Assembly: GCA_964607465.1 (NCBI GenBank)
Contig: CAZSKS010000003.1
Coordinates: forward strand, 7,818 to 71,817
Length of the DNA stretch: 64,000 nucleotides
Direction of reading: 5' to 3'
From: an uncultured Gemmatimonadota bacterium
GTDB lineage: Bacteria; Gemmatimonadota; Gemmatimonadetes; Palauibacterales; Palauibacteraceae
Positions 32,026-41,198 of this stretch are shown piece by piece. The number at the start of each line of letters is the position of its first letter. The stretch's first letter is position 1. The notes under the pieces were generated by a model. That model searched no databases. It was not told where the DNA came from and saw only the letters and a list, made by a program, of their open reading frames with translations. The position numbers and the translations under genes were made by a program.

Positions 32026-33018
32026 TCAACTCCCTCGCCCGGTCGTGGTCCCCGGTCCCGGCGGGGGCGACCCGTCCCGCTCCCGCAGCTCCTCCTCGCA
32101 CAGCTCGTAGAAGCCGCACCAGCCGCAGGCCGAGCGCTGCTCGGTGAGGGGGAAGGCCTCCCTGTTCTTCGGGCGGTTCTCCGCCGGATCCTCCAGGTAG
32201 TGCTCCATCTCCGACAGGCTGTCGCGGGCCCGCTCCAGCGCCGCCTCCAGGGTCTCGCGGTCCAGCTCCACCTCCCGGGCGCCCCCACCGGCCAGGTACT
32301 CCACCCGGCCCACCCCCGGCGCCTCCCCCGTGGTCTCGCGTACGGCGACCCCGCACAGGGCCACCTGCCACGCGTCCCCGGGGCGCTCCCGTCCCGACTT
32401 CCAGTCCACGACGATCCCCCGCCCCCGGTCCGGACGGCGAAGCACGAGGTCCGGCTCGGCGTAGACCGGGACGCCGTCCACGTCGAAGCTCGGCTCCGGC
32501 GGAACGTCGGGATCGTGGAGGTAGGCCACCTCCAGGTCCCCGCGCTCCACGGCGGACCAGATCTCGTGCTCGCGCAGCGCCCGGTGGGCCCGACCGAGCC
32601 GGTCCTCGACCTCGGCGATCGCCTCGTCGTCGGGCCCGTCCCCGTACCAGGCCGACCGGAGGAAGGGATGGCGGGAGGGCCGGCGGCGGAAGCCGTCGGG
32701 GTCGCGGGAGGACTTCACCAGCTCGTTCAGCTCCTCGCGGGTGCGCCGCTCCAGGTCCTCCGCCGCGGGAGGCTCCAGCCCCTGCGCCACCCGGAACCCG
32801 ACCTCGTAGGCCCGCCGGTGGAGGCTGCGGCCCAGTTCGGCCCGCAGACCGGTGAGCTGCTTCAGGAGGTAGGCGCGGCGTGCCTCCGGACCGGATGCGT
32901 CCCGGTCCCATCCCTTCCAGGAGCCGTAGTAGTGGTAGTAATAGCGGCGCGGACAGATGCGGAGGGTGTCGTGGCGGGAGCGGGACCAGCTCAGGTCGGG
33001 ATGAGGGCCGAAATCCAT
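32026..33018 (-). CDS. PD-(D/E)XK nuclease, Cas4/RecB-like, with a four-Cys Fe-S motif (solo, no cas neighbours)
   Basis: Nuclease motifs AEPDLVL (II) and IVVDWKSG (III, DxK). One N-terminal Cys (RICPRRYYYHY) plus C-terminal CGWCGFYELC (CX2CX5C), as in Cas4/AddB. Confidence 0.55.
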   Translation of the reverse strand: MDFGPHPDLSWSRSRHDTLRICPRRYYYHYYGSWKGWDRDASGPEARRAYLLKQLTGLRAELGRSLHRRAYEVGFRVAQGLEPPAAEDLERRTREELNELVKSSRDPDGFRRRPSRHPFLRSAWYGDGPDDEAIAEVEDRLGRAHRALREHEIWSAVERGDLEVAYLHDPDVPPEPSFDVDGVPVYAEPDLVLRRPDRGRGIVVDWKSGRERPGDAWQVALCGVAVRETTGEAPGVGRVEYLAGGGAREVELDRETLEAALERARDSLSEMEHYLEDPAENRPKNREAFPLTEQRSACGWCGFYELCEEELRERDGSPPPGPGTTTGRGS

Positions 33019-33094
33019 GCGGGCAGGGGGGAGGGACGTCGGCCGGGAGGAGGCCGGATCGGCCCTCCTCCCGGCCGGCCCCGGTGGGCTCACG

Positions 33095-33568
33095 TCACGG
33101 GAAGAGGATGCCGCCGGTGATCACGAACTGCTCGCCCCCTTCGATCTCGGCCCGGAGCTCCAGGTAGGGCGTCACCGGACCCTCGTTCGGGAATTTCGCT
33201 CCGCCCAGGACGTTGAGCCCCAGGTCCGTGTCCGAGTCGCCCACCGGCGGATCGATCCGGGCGATGTTCAGCCCGCCGCCGGCGTAGGGACGGAAGGCGC
33301 CCGCGTCGGGGATCTCGAAGTTGTAGATCAGGTTCCCGTTCAGCTCCCAGTAATCGGCGTCACCGTCGGGGAAGAAGACGTCGAAGGAGCCGGCGAACTC
33401 CACGCCGCGGTACTGCGGGACCCCGGCGACCAGGCGGGCGCCGATCCCGACGTCAGCGTCGTCGGCCAGGCTGATCTGGGGACCCAGGTGCACCTGGGCG
33501 CTGGACGGGGCGGCCGTCAGCAGGGAAAAACCCACGGCGAGACCGAGAATGCCTAGGAATCTCTTCAT
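33095..33568 (-). CDS. Outer-membrane beta-barrel protein (OmpW/OmpA-like small barrel)
   Basis: Signal peptide MKRFLGILGLAVGFSLLTAAPSSAQ, alternating-hydrophobic beta-strands, and a C-terminal GGILFP. Confidence 0.6.
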   Translation of the reverse strand: MKRFLGILGLAVGFSLLTAAPSSAQVHLGPQISLADDADVGIGARLVAGVPQYRGVEFAGSFDVFFPDGDADYWELNGNLIYNFEIPDAGAFRPYAGGGLNIARIDPPVGDSDTDLGLNVLGGAKFPNEGPVTPYLELRAEIEGGEQFVITGGILFP

Positions 33569-33745
33569 CTTCCTCTCCTTGATGCGGCTTCGGAATCGCG
33601 GGAGCTGTCCGCTTTTCCTTCAAGACGGATGCGAGCGGCTCGTCGTCGCCGCCGGGACGCGAGTTCGCCCCACCGCCGTTACGCAATCTCGCCCCACGGG
33701 TTCCGGGGCGCCAGCCGTCGGCCGGCGGTCGATTGCCGCGGAGAG

Positions 33746-33820
33746 TGGGCCCGGCGGGACTCGAACCCGCGACCTACCGATTATGAGTCGGCTGCTCTGA
33801 CCAGGCTGAGCTACGGGCCC
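33746..33820 (-). tRNA. tRNA with CAU anticodon, elongator Met or lysidine-modified Ile2. No encoded CCA.
   Basis: Minus-strand GGGCCCGTAGCTCAGCCTGGTCAGAGCAGCCGACTCATAATCGGTAGGTCGCGGGTTCGAGTCCCGCCGGGCCCA folds as a cloverleaf with a GTTCGAGTC T-arm. The anticodon stem-loop resembles ileX-type tRNAs. Confidence 0.85.
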
Positions 33821-33872
33821 CGCCCTGCAATCTACCGGAGGGGATGCGGGACTTTCCACTCCCGACGCCCGC

Positions 33873-35093
33873 TCACTCGTAGCGCAGCGCGTCGATGGGA
33901 TCGAGGCGGGCCGCCCGTCGAGCGGGCCACAGCCCGAAGAACAGCCCCACCGCCATGGAGAACAGCACGGCCAGCGCCACCGCCTCCACCGAGACGGCGG
34001 TGTTCCAGTTGGCGAATTCCGAGAAGGCCCGGGCCGCCCCGGCGCCCAGCAGGATCCCCAGGACGCCCCCCACCACGCACAGCACCAGCGCCTCCAGGAG
34101 GAACTGCACCAGGACGTCGCGGCGCCGGGCGCCCAGCGCCTTGCGGAGGCCGATCTCCTTGGTCCGCTCGCTGACCGACACCAGCATGATGTTCATGATG
34201 CCGATGCCGCCCACGATCAGGCTCACGGTGGCGATCCCGGCCAGGAGGTAGGTGAAGGTGCGGCTCGTCTCCTGGAAGGTCCCCAGCAGCTCCGCCCGGT
34301 TCTGGATCCAGAAGTCGTTGTCGTCGCCGGGACGCAGCCGGTGGGCCCGTCGGATCGCCTCCTCGATCTGCATCATGGCCACGTCCATGGAGGCGCCCTC
34401 CGCCACCTGGGCGTCGAACGACTCGATCCGGTCGGTGCCCATCAGCCGGAACTGGGCCGTGGAGAGGGGGACGAAGATCTGCTCGTCGGGGCTGAACCAC
34501 CCCGTCCCGCCCTGCTCCTCCATGACCCCGACGACCTCGAAGCCGATGTTCCGGATGGAGATCTGGCGTCCCACCATCTCCAGGGGATCGACGCCCAGCG
34601 CCTCGGGGACGGCCGACCCCAGGACGGCGACGCGGCGTCGCCCCTGGTCCTCCTCCAGATCGAAGAACCGGCCGAACCGGAGGTCCATGCGGCTGATCTC
34701 CCGGTAGGACGGCGTCGTCCCGACGACGCGGAAGTTGGCGTTGGCGGCGCCGAACTCGACCTGGAAGTTCTCGTCCATCTCCGGCGCCATCCGGGCCACC
34801 GACGACGCGTTCCGCTCCACCATCCGCAGGTCGTCGACCGTCAGGCGCGCCGCCCGGCTGCCACCCCGGCTGAACCACCCCGAGCCGGGCCGCACGGTGA
34901 GCACGTCGGTGCCCAGGCTCGAGATCTGCTCCTGCACGGCGCGCTGGGCCCCCTCGCCCAGCGCCACCATGGTGATCACGGCGGCGATCCCGATAACGAT
35001 GCCCAGCATAGTGAGCAGGGAGCGGAGCTTGTTGCTCCGGATGGAATCGAGAGCCACGCGCAGGACCTCGAGGGTGACGCCGGCGCCTCTCAT
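33873..35093 (-). CDS. ABC transporter permease, MacB/FtsX family (permease only)
   Basis: 406 aa with a MacB periplasmic core and a C-terminal FtsX four-TM domain. No Walker motifs, so the ATPase is encoded elsewhere. Confidence 0.8.
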   Translation of the reverse strand: MRGAGVTLEVLRVALDSIRSNKLRSLLTMLGIVIGIAAVITMVALGEGAQRAVQEQISSLGTDVLTVRPGSGWFSRGGSRAARLTVDDLRMVERNASSVARMAPEMDENFQVEFGAANANFRVVGTTPSYREISRMDLRFGRFFDLEEDQGRRRVAVLGSAVPEALGVDPLEMVGRQISIRNIGFEVVGVMEEQGGTGWFSPDEQIFVPLSTAQFRLMGTDRIESFDAQVAEGASMDVAMMQIEEAIRRAHRLRPGDDNDFWIQNRAELLGTFQETSRTFTYLLAGIATVSLIVGGIGIMNIMLVSVSERTKEIGLRKALGARRRDVLVQFLLEALVLCVVGGVLGILLGAGAARAFSEFANWNTAVSVEAVALAVLFSMAVGLFFGLWPARRAARLDPIDALRYE

Positions 35094-35106
35094 GATGGGC
35101 TCCCGC

Positions 35107-36549
35107 TCAGTCGCTGCTCATGCCGGGCACGCCGCTCCGGTCGCGCATCCGCTGCAGCAGCTCGCGCTGCTGGACCAGGGCCAGCGGGACCTGCACCACC
35201 CGGTCCCCCTCCTCCAGCCCGGCCACCACCTGCGTGTGCTCGAAGTTGCTGAGCCCCACCAGCACGGGCTCCAGGGTCAGGTCGCCTTCCGCGCCCCGGA
35301 CGAAGACGAACGCCCGCCGGGGGCCCCCGGCGTCGCGCCGGGACTGGGCGGCCTCCATCGCCCGGCGCATCCGCTGCATCAGGCGGCGGCGCTCGCCGGC
35401 GTCGAGGGACTCGAACAGCTCGCGCCGTTCCTCCACGGACATGGAGCGGAGCTCCTCGGCGGTAGGCAGCTCGTCGTCCCCGTCCTCCGCGGCCGTGTCG
35501 TCGGCCGTGTCCTCCCCCGCCGGCCCGGCGGCATCCGCGCCGTCCCCCGTTCCGGGGGGCTCCTGTTCCAGCAGCGCCTCGTCCATCCCGAGGGCCTCGA
35601 CCAGGCGCCGGGCCTCGTCCGGCATCTTCACCCCGGCGTTGGGCAGGGCGAGCACGTCCTCCTCGCGCCCCACGACGATGGTCACGTCGGCGTTCATCCC
35701 TGGCCGCAGAAGCCCCTCCTCGTTGGCGATGCGGGTGAGGACGGCGAACATCGTGACGTTCTGCTCCACGGTGGCCTGGGGCTCGATCTTGAGGACGTCG
35801 CCCTCGAAGGTTCGGTCCGGGTAGGCCTCCACGGTGATCTCCGCGGACAACCCCGGCTCCACGCTCCCGATCTCGGACTCGTTCACCAGCGTGCGGACCT
35901 GCACCTCGGAGAGGTCGGCCATGGTCAGGAGGGTAGTGCCGCCGGTGACGTCCCGGGTGGAGGTGATGATCTGTCCCTCCTCCACCTGCTTCTCGATGAC
36001 CGTCCCCGCGATGGGAGCGCGGACGGTGGCGTCGGCACGCTGCTCACGGGCCAGCTCCAGCCGGGTGCGGGCCCGCTGGTGGGACGATCGGGCGTTGGCG
36101 TGCTCCAGCACCGCGGTCTCGAGCTCCTCGGCCGTCACGACGCCGGAGTCCCTGAGCGCACGGGCCCTCTCCAGGCGGCTCTGGGCCACCTGGAGCTGGG
36201 CTTCCGCCTGCTCCAGGTCCGCCTCCGCCTGCTCCAGCTCGTTCACCTCGTCCCGCGGATCGATGCGGGCCAGCAGGTCCCCCCGCTCCACCCGGTCCCC
36301 CAGGTCCACCGGCATCTCCAGGATCTCGCCCGACGCCTGGGACTTGACTTCCACGCGCCGGATGGGCTCCACCGTTCCCGTGGCCTCCACGCTGGACTCG
36401 ATGGTCTGGCGGGTCACCGACGCCTCCTCCAGCGTCAGCTCGGACGGGCTGGCCGAGCCGGAGCCGCAGGCGGATACGGCCAGGGCCAGCCCGGTCACCA
36501 GGAAGGCGAGGAGGCGGGGGGAGCGTCGGAATCTCATGGAAGGCGTCAC
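35107..36549 (-). CDS. Efflux RND/ABC periplasmic adaptor (HlyD/MacA family) lipoprotein
   Basis: Lipobox LALAVSAC, a coiled-coil hairpin, and a beta-barrel/MP domain. Has an acidic insertion. Confidence 0.8.
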   Translation of the reverse strand: MTPSMRFRRSPRLLAFLVTGLALAVSACGSGSASPSELTLEEASVTRQTIESSVEATGTVEPIRRVEVKSQASGEILEMPVDLGDRVERGDLLARIDPRDEVNELEQAEADLEQAEAQLQVAQSRLERARALRDSGVVTAEELETAVLEHANARSSHQRARTRLELAREQRADATVRAPIAGTVIEKQVEEGQIITSTRDVTGGTTLLTMADLSEVQVRTLVNESEIGSVEPGLSAEITVEAYPDRTFEGDVLKIEPQATVEQNVTMFAVLTRIANEEGLLRPGMNADVTIVVGREEDVLALPNAGVKMPDEARRLVEALGMDEALLEQEPPGTGDGADAAGPAGEDTADDTAAEDGDDELPTAEELRSMSVEERRELFESLDAGERRRLMQRMRRAMEAAQSRRDAGGPRRAFVFVRGAEGDLTLEPVLVGLSNFEHTQVVAGLEEGDRVVQVPLALVQQRELLQRMRDRSGVPGMSSD

Positions 36550-37988
36550 TCCGTGTCGGAGGTCCCGGCGCCCTCCTCCGGGAGGGCGCTCGGGTCGGTG
36601 TCGTCTCGTGAGGGGGCGATCGACCGGAGCTCGGTGCCCAGGACGCTCTCCAGCCGGGCCAGGGCCACCTGGAAGTCGAACCCCCGGCGGATGACGTCCA
36701 CCTGCGCTTCCTGCAGGCCGATCTGCGCGGCCTGCAGGTCCAGGATCGTGGCCGCACCCAGGCGGTAGCGCTGCTGGCTGACCCGGAGGTCCTCCCGGCT
36801 CAGCTCCACGCTCTCGCGGGCCAGCTCCAGCCCGGCCCGGGCCGTCTCGAGCTGGCTGTAGGCGTCGTCCACGTCGGTCCGCACGGCGAGCCGGGCCGAC
36901 CGGACCTCCGCCCGGGACGTCTCCAGCTGGGCCCGGGATCGGGCCACCTGCGTCTCACGCTGGAACCCGTTGAAGAGGGGGAGGCTGCCCGACAGGCGGA
37001 AGGACCAGCTCCGGTCCCCGGGGGGATAGTCGGCGTCCTGCCAGGCCCAGCCGCCGGAGAGCTGGAGGGAGGGCAGGTAGGACGACCGGGAGCCGGCCAC
37101 CGAGGCCTCGGCGGCCTGCACCGACCGGCGGGCGCTCACGACCCTGGGGGCCCGCTGGCGGGCCACCTCCATGAGCCGCTCCCGATCGAGCGTGAGGGGA
37201 TCCGGCTCCAGCGTCGCCGCCTCCCGGGGCGCCACCCGCCGCTCCACGCCCATGGCCTCGGCCAGCCCGAACTGCGCCGACCTGGCGTCGTTGCGGGCGT
37301 TCAGGAGCGCGAGCTGGGCGTCGTTGAGGTCGACGCGGGACCGGAGGCTGTCCGACCGCGTCGCCCGCCCCAGCCGGATCTGCTGGCGCACGAAGGAGAG
37401 CTGCTCGCGCTGCCGGTCGACCCGGTCCCGCTCCACCTCGACGCGCTCCCGGGCGGCCACGGCGTTGAAGTAGGCCGTCTTCACGTCCAGCGCCGTCTGG
37501 AAGCGCTGCTGGCGGAGGTCCGCCTGGCGAGCGTCCACGGTGCGCCGGGCGTCGTCGAGCTGGTGGAAGCGTCGGAAGCCGTCGAAGAGGTCCACGCTGG
37601 CCGTGAGCTGGGTGCTCCAGCTGGTCCGGGTGATGGACTGCCCCGTGGGATCGAGCCGTCCCGTGCTGGCGTCGGAGAACCCGTAGCCCAGCGACAGGTC
37701 GGGCAGGAAGGCCCCCACCGCCCCGGTCTCGTCCGACCGGGCCACGGACACGCTCGAGCGCGCCTGGCTCAGCGCGGGGCTGCTGCGCAGCGCGATCTCC
37801 ACCGCCTGGTCCAGGCTCACCCGCTGGACGTCCTCGTCGTCGGGCAGCGCTCGCTCCTGCTCCCTCTCCTGGGCTCCCGCGGGCGCCGACAGCACCAGCA
37901 GGCACAGGACGAGCCAGGACAGGGCGCGGGCGACCCCCCCGGTTCCGGCGCTTCCCGTGCTTCCCGTGCGAGACGTTGCTCTGAGCAT
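36546..37988 (-). CDS. TolC-family outer-membrane efflux protein
   Basis: Signal peptide followed by two internally repeated TolC halves. Overlaps the adaptor gene by 4 nt. Confidence 0.8.
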   Translation of the reverse strand: MLRATSRTGSTGSAGTGGVARALSWLVLCLLVLSAPAGAQEREQERALPDDEDVQRVSLDQAVEIALRSSPALSQARSSVSVARSDETGAVGAFLPDLSLGYGFSDASTGRLDPTGQSITRTSWSTQLTASVDLFDGFRRFHQLDDARRTVDARQADLRQQRFQTALDVKTAYFNAVAARERVEVERDRVDRQREQLSFVRQQIRLGRATRSDSLRSRVDLNDAQLALLNARNDARSAQFGLAEAMGVERRVAPREAATLEPDPLTLDRERLMEVARQRAPRVVSARRSVQAAEASVAGSRSSYLPSLQLSGGWAWQDADYPPGDRSWSFRLSGSLPLFNGFQRETQVARSRAQLETSRAEVRSARLAVRTDVDDAYSQLETARAGLELARESVELSREDLRVSQQRYRLGAATILDLQAAQIGLQEAQVDVIRRGFDFQVALARLESVLGTELRSIAPSRDDTDPSALPEEGAGTSDTE

Positions 37989-38082
37989 CCGACGATCTCC
38001 TCGTTCCGCTCGTGGATCCAGGCATGGATGAGGGGCGGACGGGCGTCCCCCGTCCCGCCCCGGCGCGCGCGCCGCCCCCGTG

Positions 38083-38757
38083 TCAGGGCCGGACGCCGAT
38101 GCCGACCGAGACGGTCAGGTCGTGCTGGATCCGGTCGCCCGCTCCCCCGTCGTACCGGGCGACCTGGTCGCGGGCCTCCAGGCGGAGCAGCCAGGCCTCC
38201 GACAGGACCGTCCGGAATCCTCCGCCGAAGGACACCATCGGATCGGTGGCCGAGGGTGCCCCCTCCGGCTCCCCCTCCACCGACAGCCGGCGGAGGCCCA
38301 CACCCCCCAGCAGGTAGGGCTCGACCTCCACCTCCCTCCCCAGCGAAGGGAGGCTCAGGACGGCCTCCACGCTCCCGGTCAGGTAGTCGGCCCCGGTCAG
38401 CCGGCCCCCGGGAACGGGATCCCCTCCGGGATCGGTGGAGGCGAGCCGGTCCACGTCCACCGGCACCCAGGCGCCGCCGGCCGCCACGCCCAGCCGCGGG
38501 CCCAGCCACCAGATGCCGGCGACCCGGATCCCGACCGAGGAGGAGAGCTGGAGCCCGCCGCCCGTCTCGTCCCCCGGCGCCAGGTCGGTCAGCGGCGCCA
38601 GCAGGACCGCGGCCGCGTCCACCTCCGGGCCGGTGGCGCCGGTCGGCTGCCCCGCGGCGGGCCCCGACGGAGCCGCGGCCCAGAGGAGGGCCAGCACGGC
38701 GAGCGCCGCGCCGGGGCCCCGTCCCGCCGCCCGGATTGCGTCTCCCCGTCTGTCCAT
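38083..38757 (-). CDS. Hypothetical secreted protein, possibly an outer-membrane beta-barrel
   Basis: Internal ATG at 38755-38757 gives MDRRGDAIRAAGRGPGAALAVLALLWAAAPSGPAAG, a signal peptide, followed by G-rich alternating strands. Confidence 0.4.
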   Translation of the reverse strand: MDRRGDAIRAAGRGPGAALAVLALLWAAAPSGPAAGQPTGATGPEVDAAAVLLAPLTDLAPGDETGGGLQLSSSVGIRVAGIWWLGPRLGVAAGGAWVPVDVDRLASTDPGGDPVPGGRLTGADYLTGSVEAVLSLPSLGREVEVEPYLLGGVGLRRLSVEGEPEGAPSATDPMVSFGGGFRTVLSEAWLLRLEARDQVARYDGGAGDRIQHDLTVSVGIGVRP

Positions 38758-38971
38758 CCGCTCCCGCCTCCGACCGCTACGACCTGGCCTTCCCTCTCGC
38801 CTCGGTAAGACACGCGGAGAAGCCGAAACGTTGACCGGAAGGGAAGGATCACGGACGGGAGGGCGACGGGGGGCGTGCCGCGGACGGCCGGGCCGGGGTG
38901 CCGCAAGCGCGCCGGCCGGGGGCCTGGAGCATGGCGAGCCGGCGCCGGGAAAGCGCCGGGGCGCGCCGGGA

Positions 38972-39280
38972 TCATCCGATGGTGGCCGAGTACTCCCGGG
39001 CGACGCCGTCCTGGTCGGTGTGCACGATGCGAAGCGAATACGGCGGGCGGTCGTCCTCGTCCTGGGCCACCAGCAGGTAGCCCAAAGCCCCACCCGGCGG
39101 CAGGTCCTGCACGTGCCCCTCGTCCGGCTGGTTCTCCACGAAGGCCGGATGGCGATCGATGGGGGCCCCCTCCAGCTCCACCGTCAGCTCCGGGATCGGC
39201 GAGCCGCCGCTGTTCCGCACGTGGAGCCCCCAGCTGGCGGCTCCCATCTTCTCGAGGCGGACGTCCAGGTTCCTGGCCAT
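38972..39280 (-). CDS. Hypothetical protein
   Basis: 102-aa ORF co-directional with and upstream of upp. No recognisable motif. Confidence 0.3.
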   Translation of the reverse strand: MARNLDVRLEKMGAASWGLHVRNSGGSPIPELTVELEGAPIDRHPAFVENQPDEGHVQDLPPGGALGYLLVAQDEDDRPPYSLRIVHTDQDGVAREYSATIG

Positions 39281-39329
39281 GGGCCTCTCCCGCTTTCCTC
39301 GTCTCCGGTTCCGCTGGCGGTCGTCGCCT

Positions 39330-40051
39330 TCAGGTCCCGAACAGCCGGTCTCCCGCGTCGCCGAGGCCCGGCAGGATGTAGCCGTTCTCGTCCAGCTCCC
39401 GGTCCAGCGCCGCGGCGTAGACCGGGACGTCGGGGTGGACCTCCTGCATCCTGGCCACCCCTTCCGGTGCCGAGACGATGCACACGAAGAGAACCTCCCG
39501 GCCGCCCGAGTCCTTCACGTACCGGATCGCCTCGGTGGCGGTGCCCCCGGTGGCCAGCATCGGATCCACCACGATGAACGTGCGCTCCTCCGGGTCCGGG
39601 GGGATCTTGAAGTAGTAGTCCACCGGCTCCAGGGTGTCGTGCTCCCGCTGCAGCCCGATGTGGCCCACGCCCATGGTGGGGACGAGCCGGCGCATCCCTT
39701 CCACCATCCCCAGGCCGGCCCGGAGGATGGGGACCAGGACCAGCGCGTCCTCGTCGATCCGGCGACCCGTGGTCTCCTCCATCGGCGTCGTCACCGGCCG
39801 GTCCGACAGCGAGAGGCCGGCGGTGACCTCGTACGCCATGAGCATGGCGATCTCGTCCACCAGCTCCCGGAAGAGCTTCCGGCTGGTGGAGACGTCCCGC
39901 AGCAGCGAGACCTTGTGTCGGACCAGCGGGTGGTCCACCACCGTCAGGTTCGGGAACGCGTCCACCCCCTTCAGCGGCTCCATGTCTGCGCCGCCCTGCG
40001 GCAGGGCCCGGTCGCCCGCCGCAGTCGTCGGCCCGTCCTCCGTCATCGATC
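39330..40051 (-). CDS. upp: Uracil phosphoribosyltransferase
   Basis: PRPP-binding FIVVDPMLATGGTA and YILPGLGDAGDR. Start MTEDG is preceded by GGAGG. The longer track ORF adds spurious N-terminal residues. Confidence 0.85.
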
Positions 40052-41101
40052 CTCCACCCGGATCTTCGCCTCCATGCCCTCCACCAGCTCCCCCACCACG
40101 GCCGAGGCGTAGCCGGCCCCGGCCCACGCGCCGGCCAGGTCCTCCGCCCGGTCGGGGGGCACGGCGGCCAGCAGGCCCCCGGAGGTCTGGGCATCGCTCA
40201 GCAGGACCCGGAGCGGCTCCTCCAGCCCCTCGTCCCAGCTCACCGTCTCCGCCAGCGCCCGCCGGTTCCGGCCCGTGCCGCCGGGCACGCAGCCGGCCTC
40301 CGCCAGCTCGAGCGCCCCGGGCAGGAGGCGCGGCGCCCGCCCCCACACCCGGGCGCCCACCCCGGACGCCCGGCACATCTCTCTCAGGTGTCCCATGAGA
40401 CCGAAGCCCGTAACATCCGTCGCTGCATGAACCTCGAATTCCTCCAGCATCTCCGCCGCGTCACGGTTGAGCTGCCGCATCGAGGCCACCGTCGCCTCCA
40501 CCGCCGCGGGGGGCGCGTCGCCCCTCTTGATCCCGGTGGTGACGACGCCGGTGCCCAGCGCCTTCCCCAGCACGAGTCGGTCCCCGGGACGGCCGCCGCC
40601 CTTCCGCCACAGCCGGTCGGGGTGCGCCGTCCCCAGGGCCACGAGACCGAACTTGGGTTCCCGGTCGTCGATGGAGTGACCGCCCCCCACCGGGATCCCC
40701 GCCTCGGAGCACACCTCGGCGGCCCCCCTCAGGATGGCCGCCACGACCTCGTCGTCCAGCTCCCCCGCCGGGATCGCCAGGATGTTCAGCGCGAAGATGG
40801 GACGGGCGCCCATGGCGTACACGTCACTCAGGGCGTTGGCGGCCGCCACGGCGCCGAAGTCCGCGGGATCGTCCACCAGGGGCGTGAAGAAGTCGAGGGT
40901 GGCCACCAGCGCCCGCTCCGAATCCAGTCGGTACACGGCGGCGTCGTCCGGGGTGTCGAGGCCGACGAGCAGGCCTTCGGACGCCCCTGCGGGCAGGTGC
41001 TTCAGGATCGCTTCCAGGTCCTCCGGACCCAGTTTACACGCTCAACCGGCGCCGTGGGAGTACTGCGTGAGACGGACCCGCTCGGCCGTCGGTGTGTTCA
41101 T
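40043..41101 (-). CDS. selD: Selenide, water dikinase SelD, a selenocysteine-containing form with in-frame UGA at 41042-41044
   Basis: The track ORF (297 aa) lacks the catalytic N-terminus. In-frame upstream translation from the ATG at 41099-41101 reads [33 protein letters not shown], which aligns with E. coli [24 protein letters not shown], with UGA at the Cys17 position. Confidence 0.8.
41010..41033 (-). promoter_or_regulatory. Candidate bacterial SECIS hairpin 11 nt downstream of the selD UGA
   Basis: Minus-strand CUGGGUCC-GGA-GGACCUGG forms a 5-8 bp stem with a G-containing apical loop. Confidence 0.35.
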
Positions 41102-41198
41102 GTCGTCCCCGGATCGGGTGCGTTCATGGCGTCGCGCGACGTAGTTTTCGTGCCGACCGCAACGTAGGCGACACGGCGAGTCCACGGCAACAAGGCCC

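Noticed and set aside
31581-33820. A tRNA-associated genomic island (integrase, att direct repeat)
   Set aside because: No integrase or recombinase ORF and no recognisable duplicate of the tRNA 3' end were found by eye. Only the atypical gene content hints at insertion.
39330-40376. 348-aa upp ORF from the track
   Set aside because: The N-terminal 108 residues are G/R-rich and non-homologous. The RBS-supported start MTEDG at 40051 gives a normal-length Upp.
40043-40936. selD as an N-terminally truncated pseudogene
   Set aside because: The upstream in-frame sequence is conserved through a single UGA at the Cys/Sec position, and an ATG with a SECIS-like hairpin follows. I interpret it as a selenoprotein.
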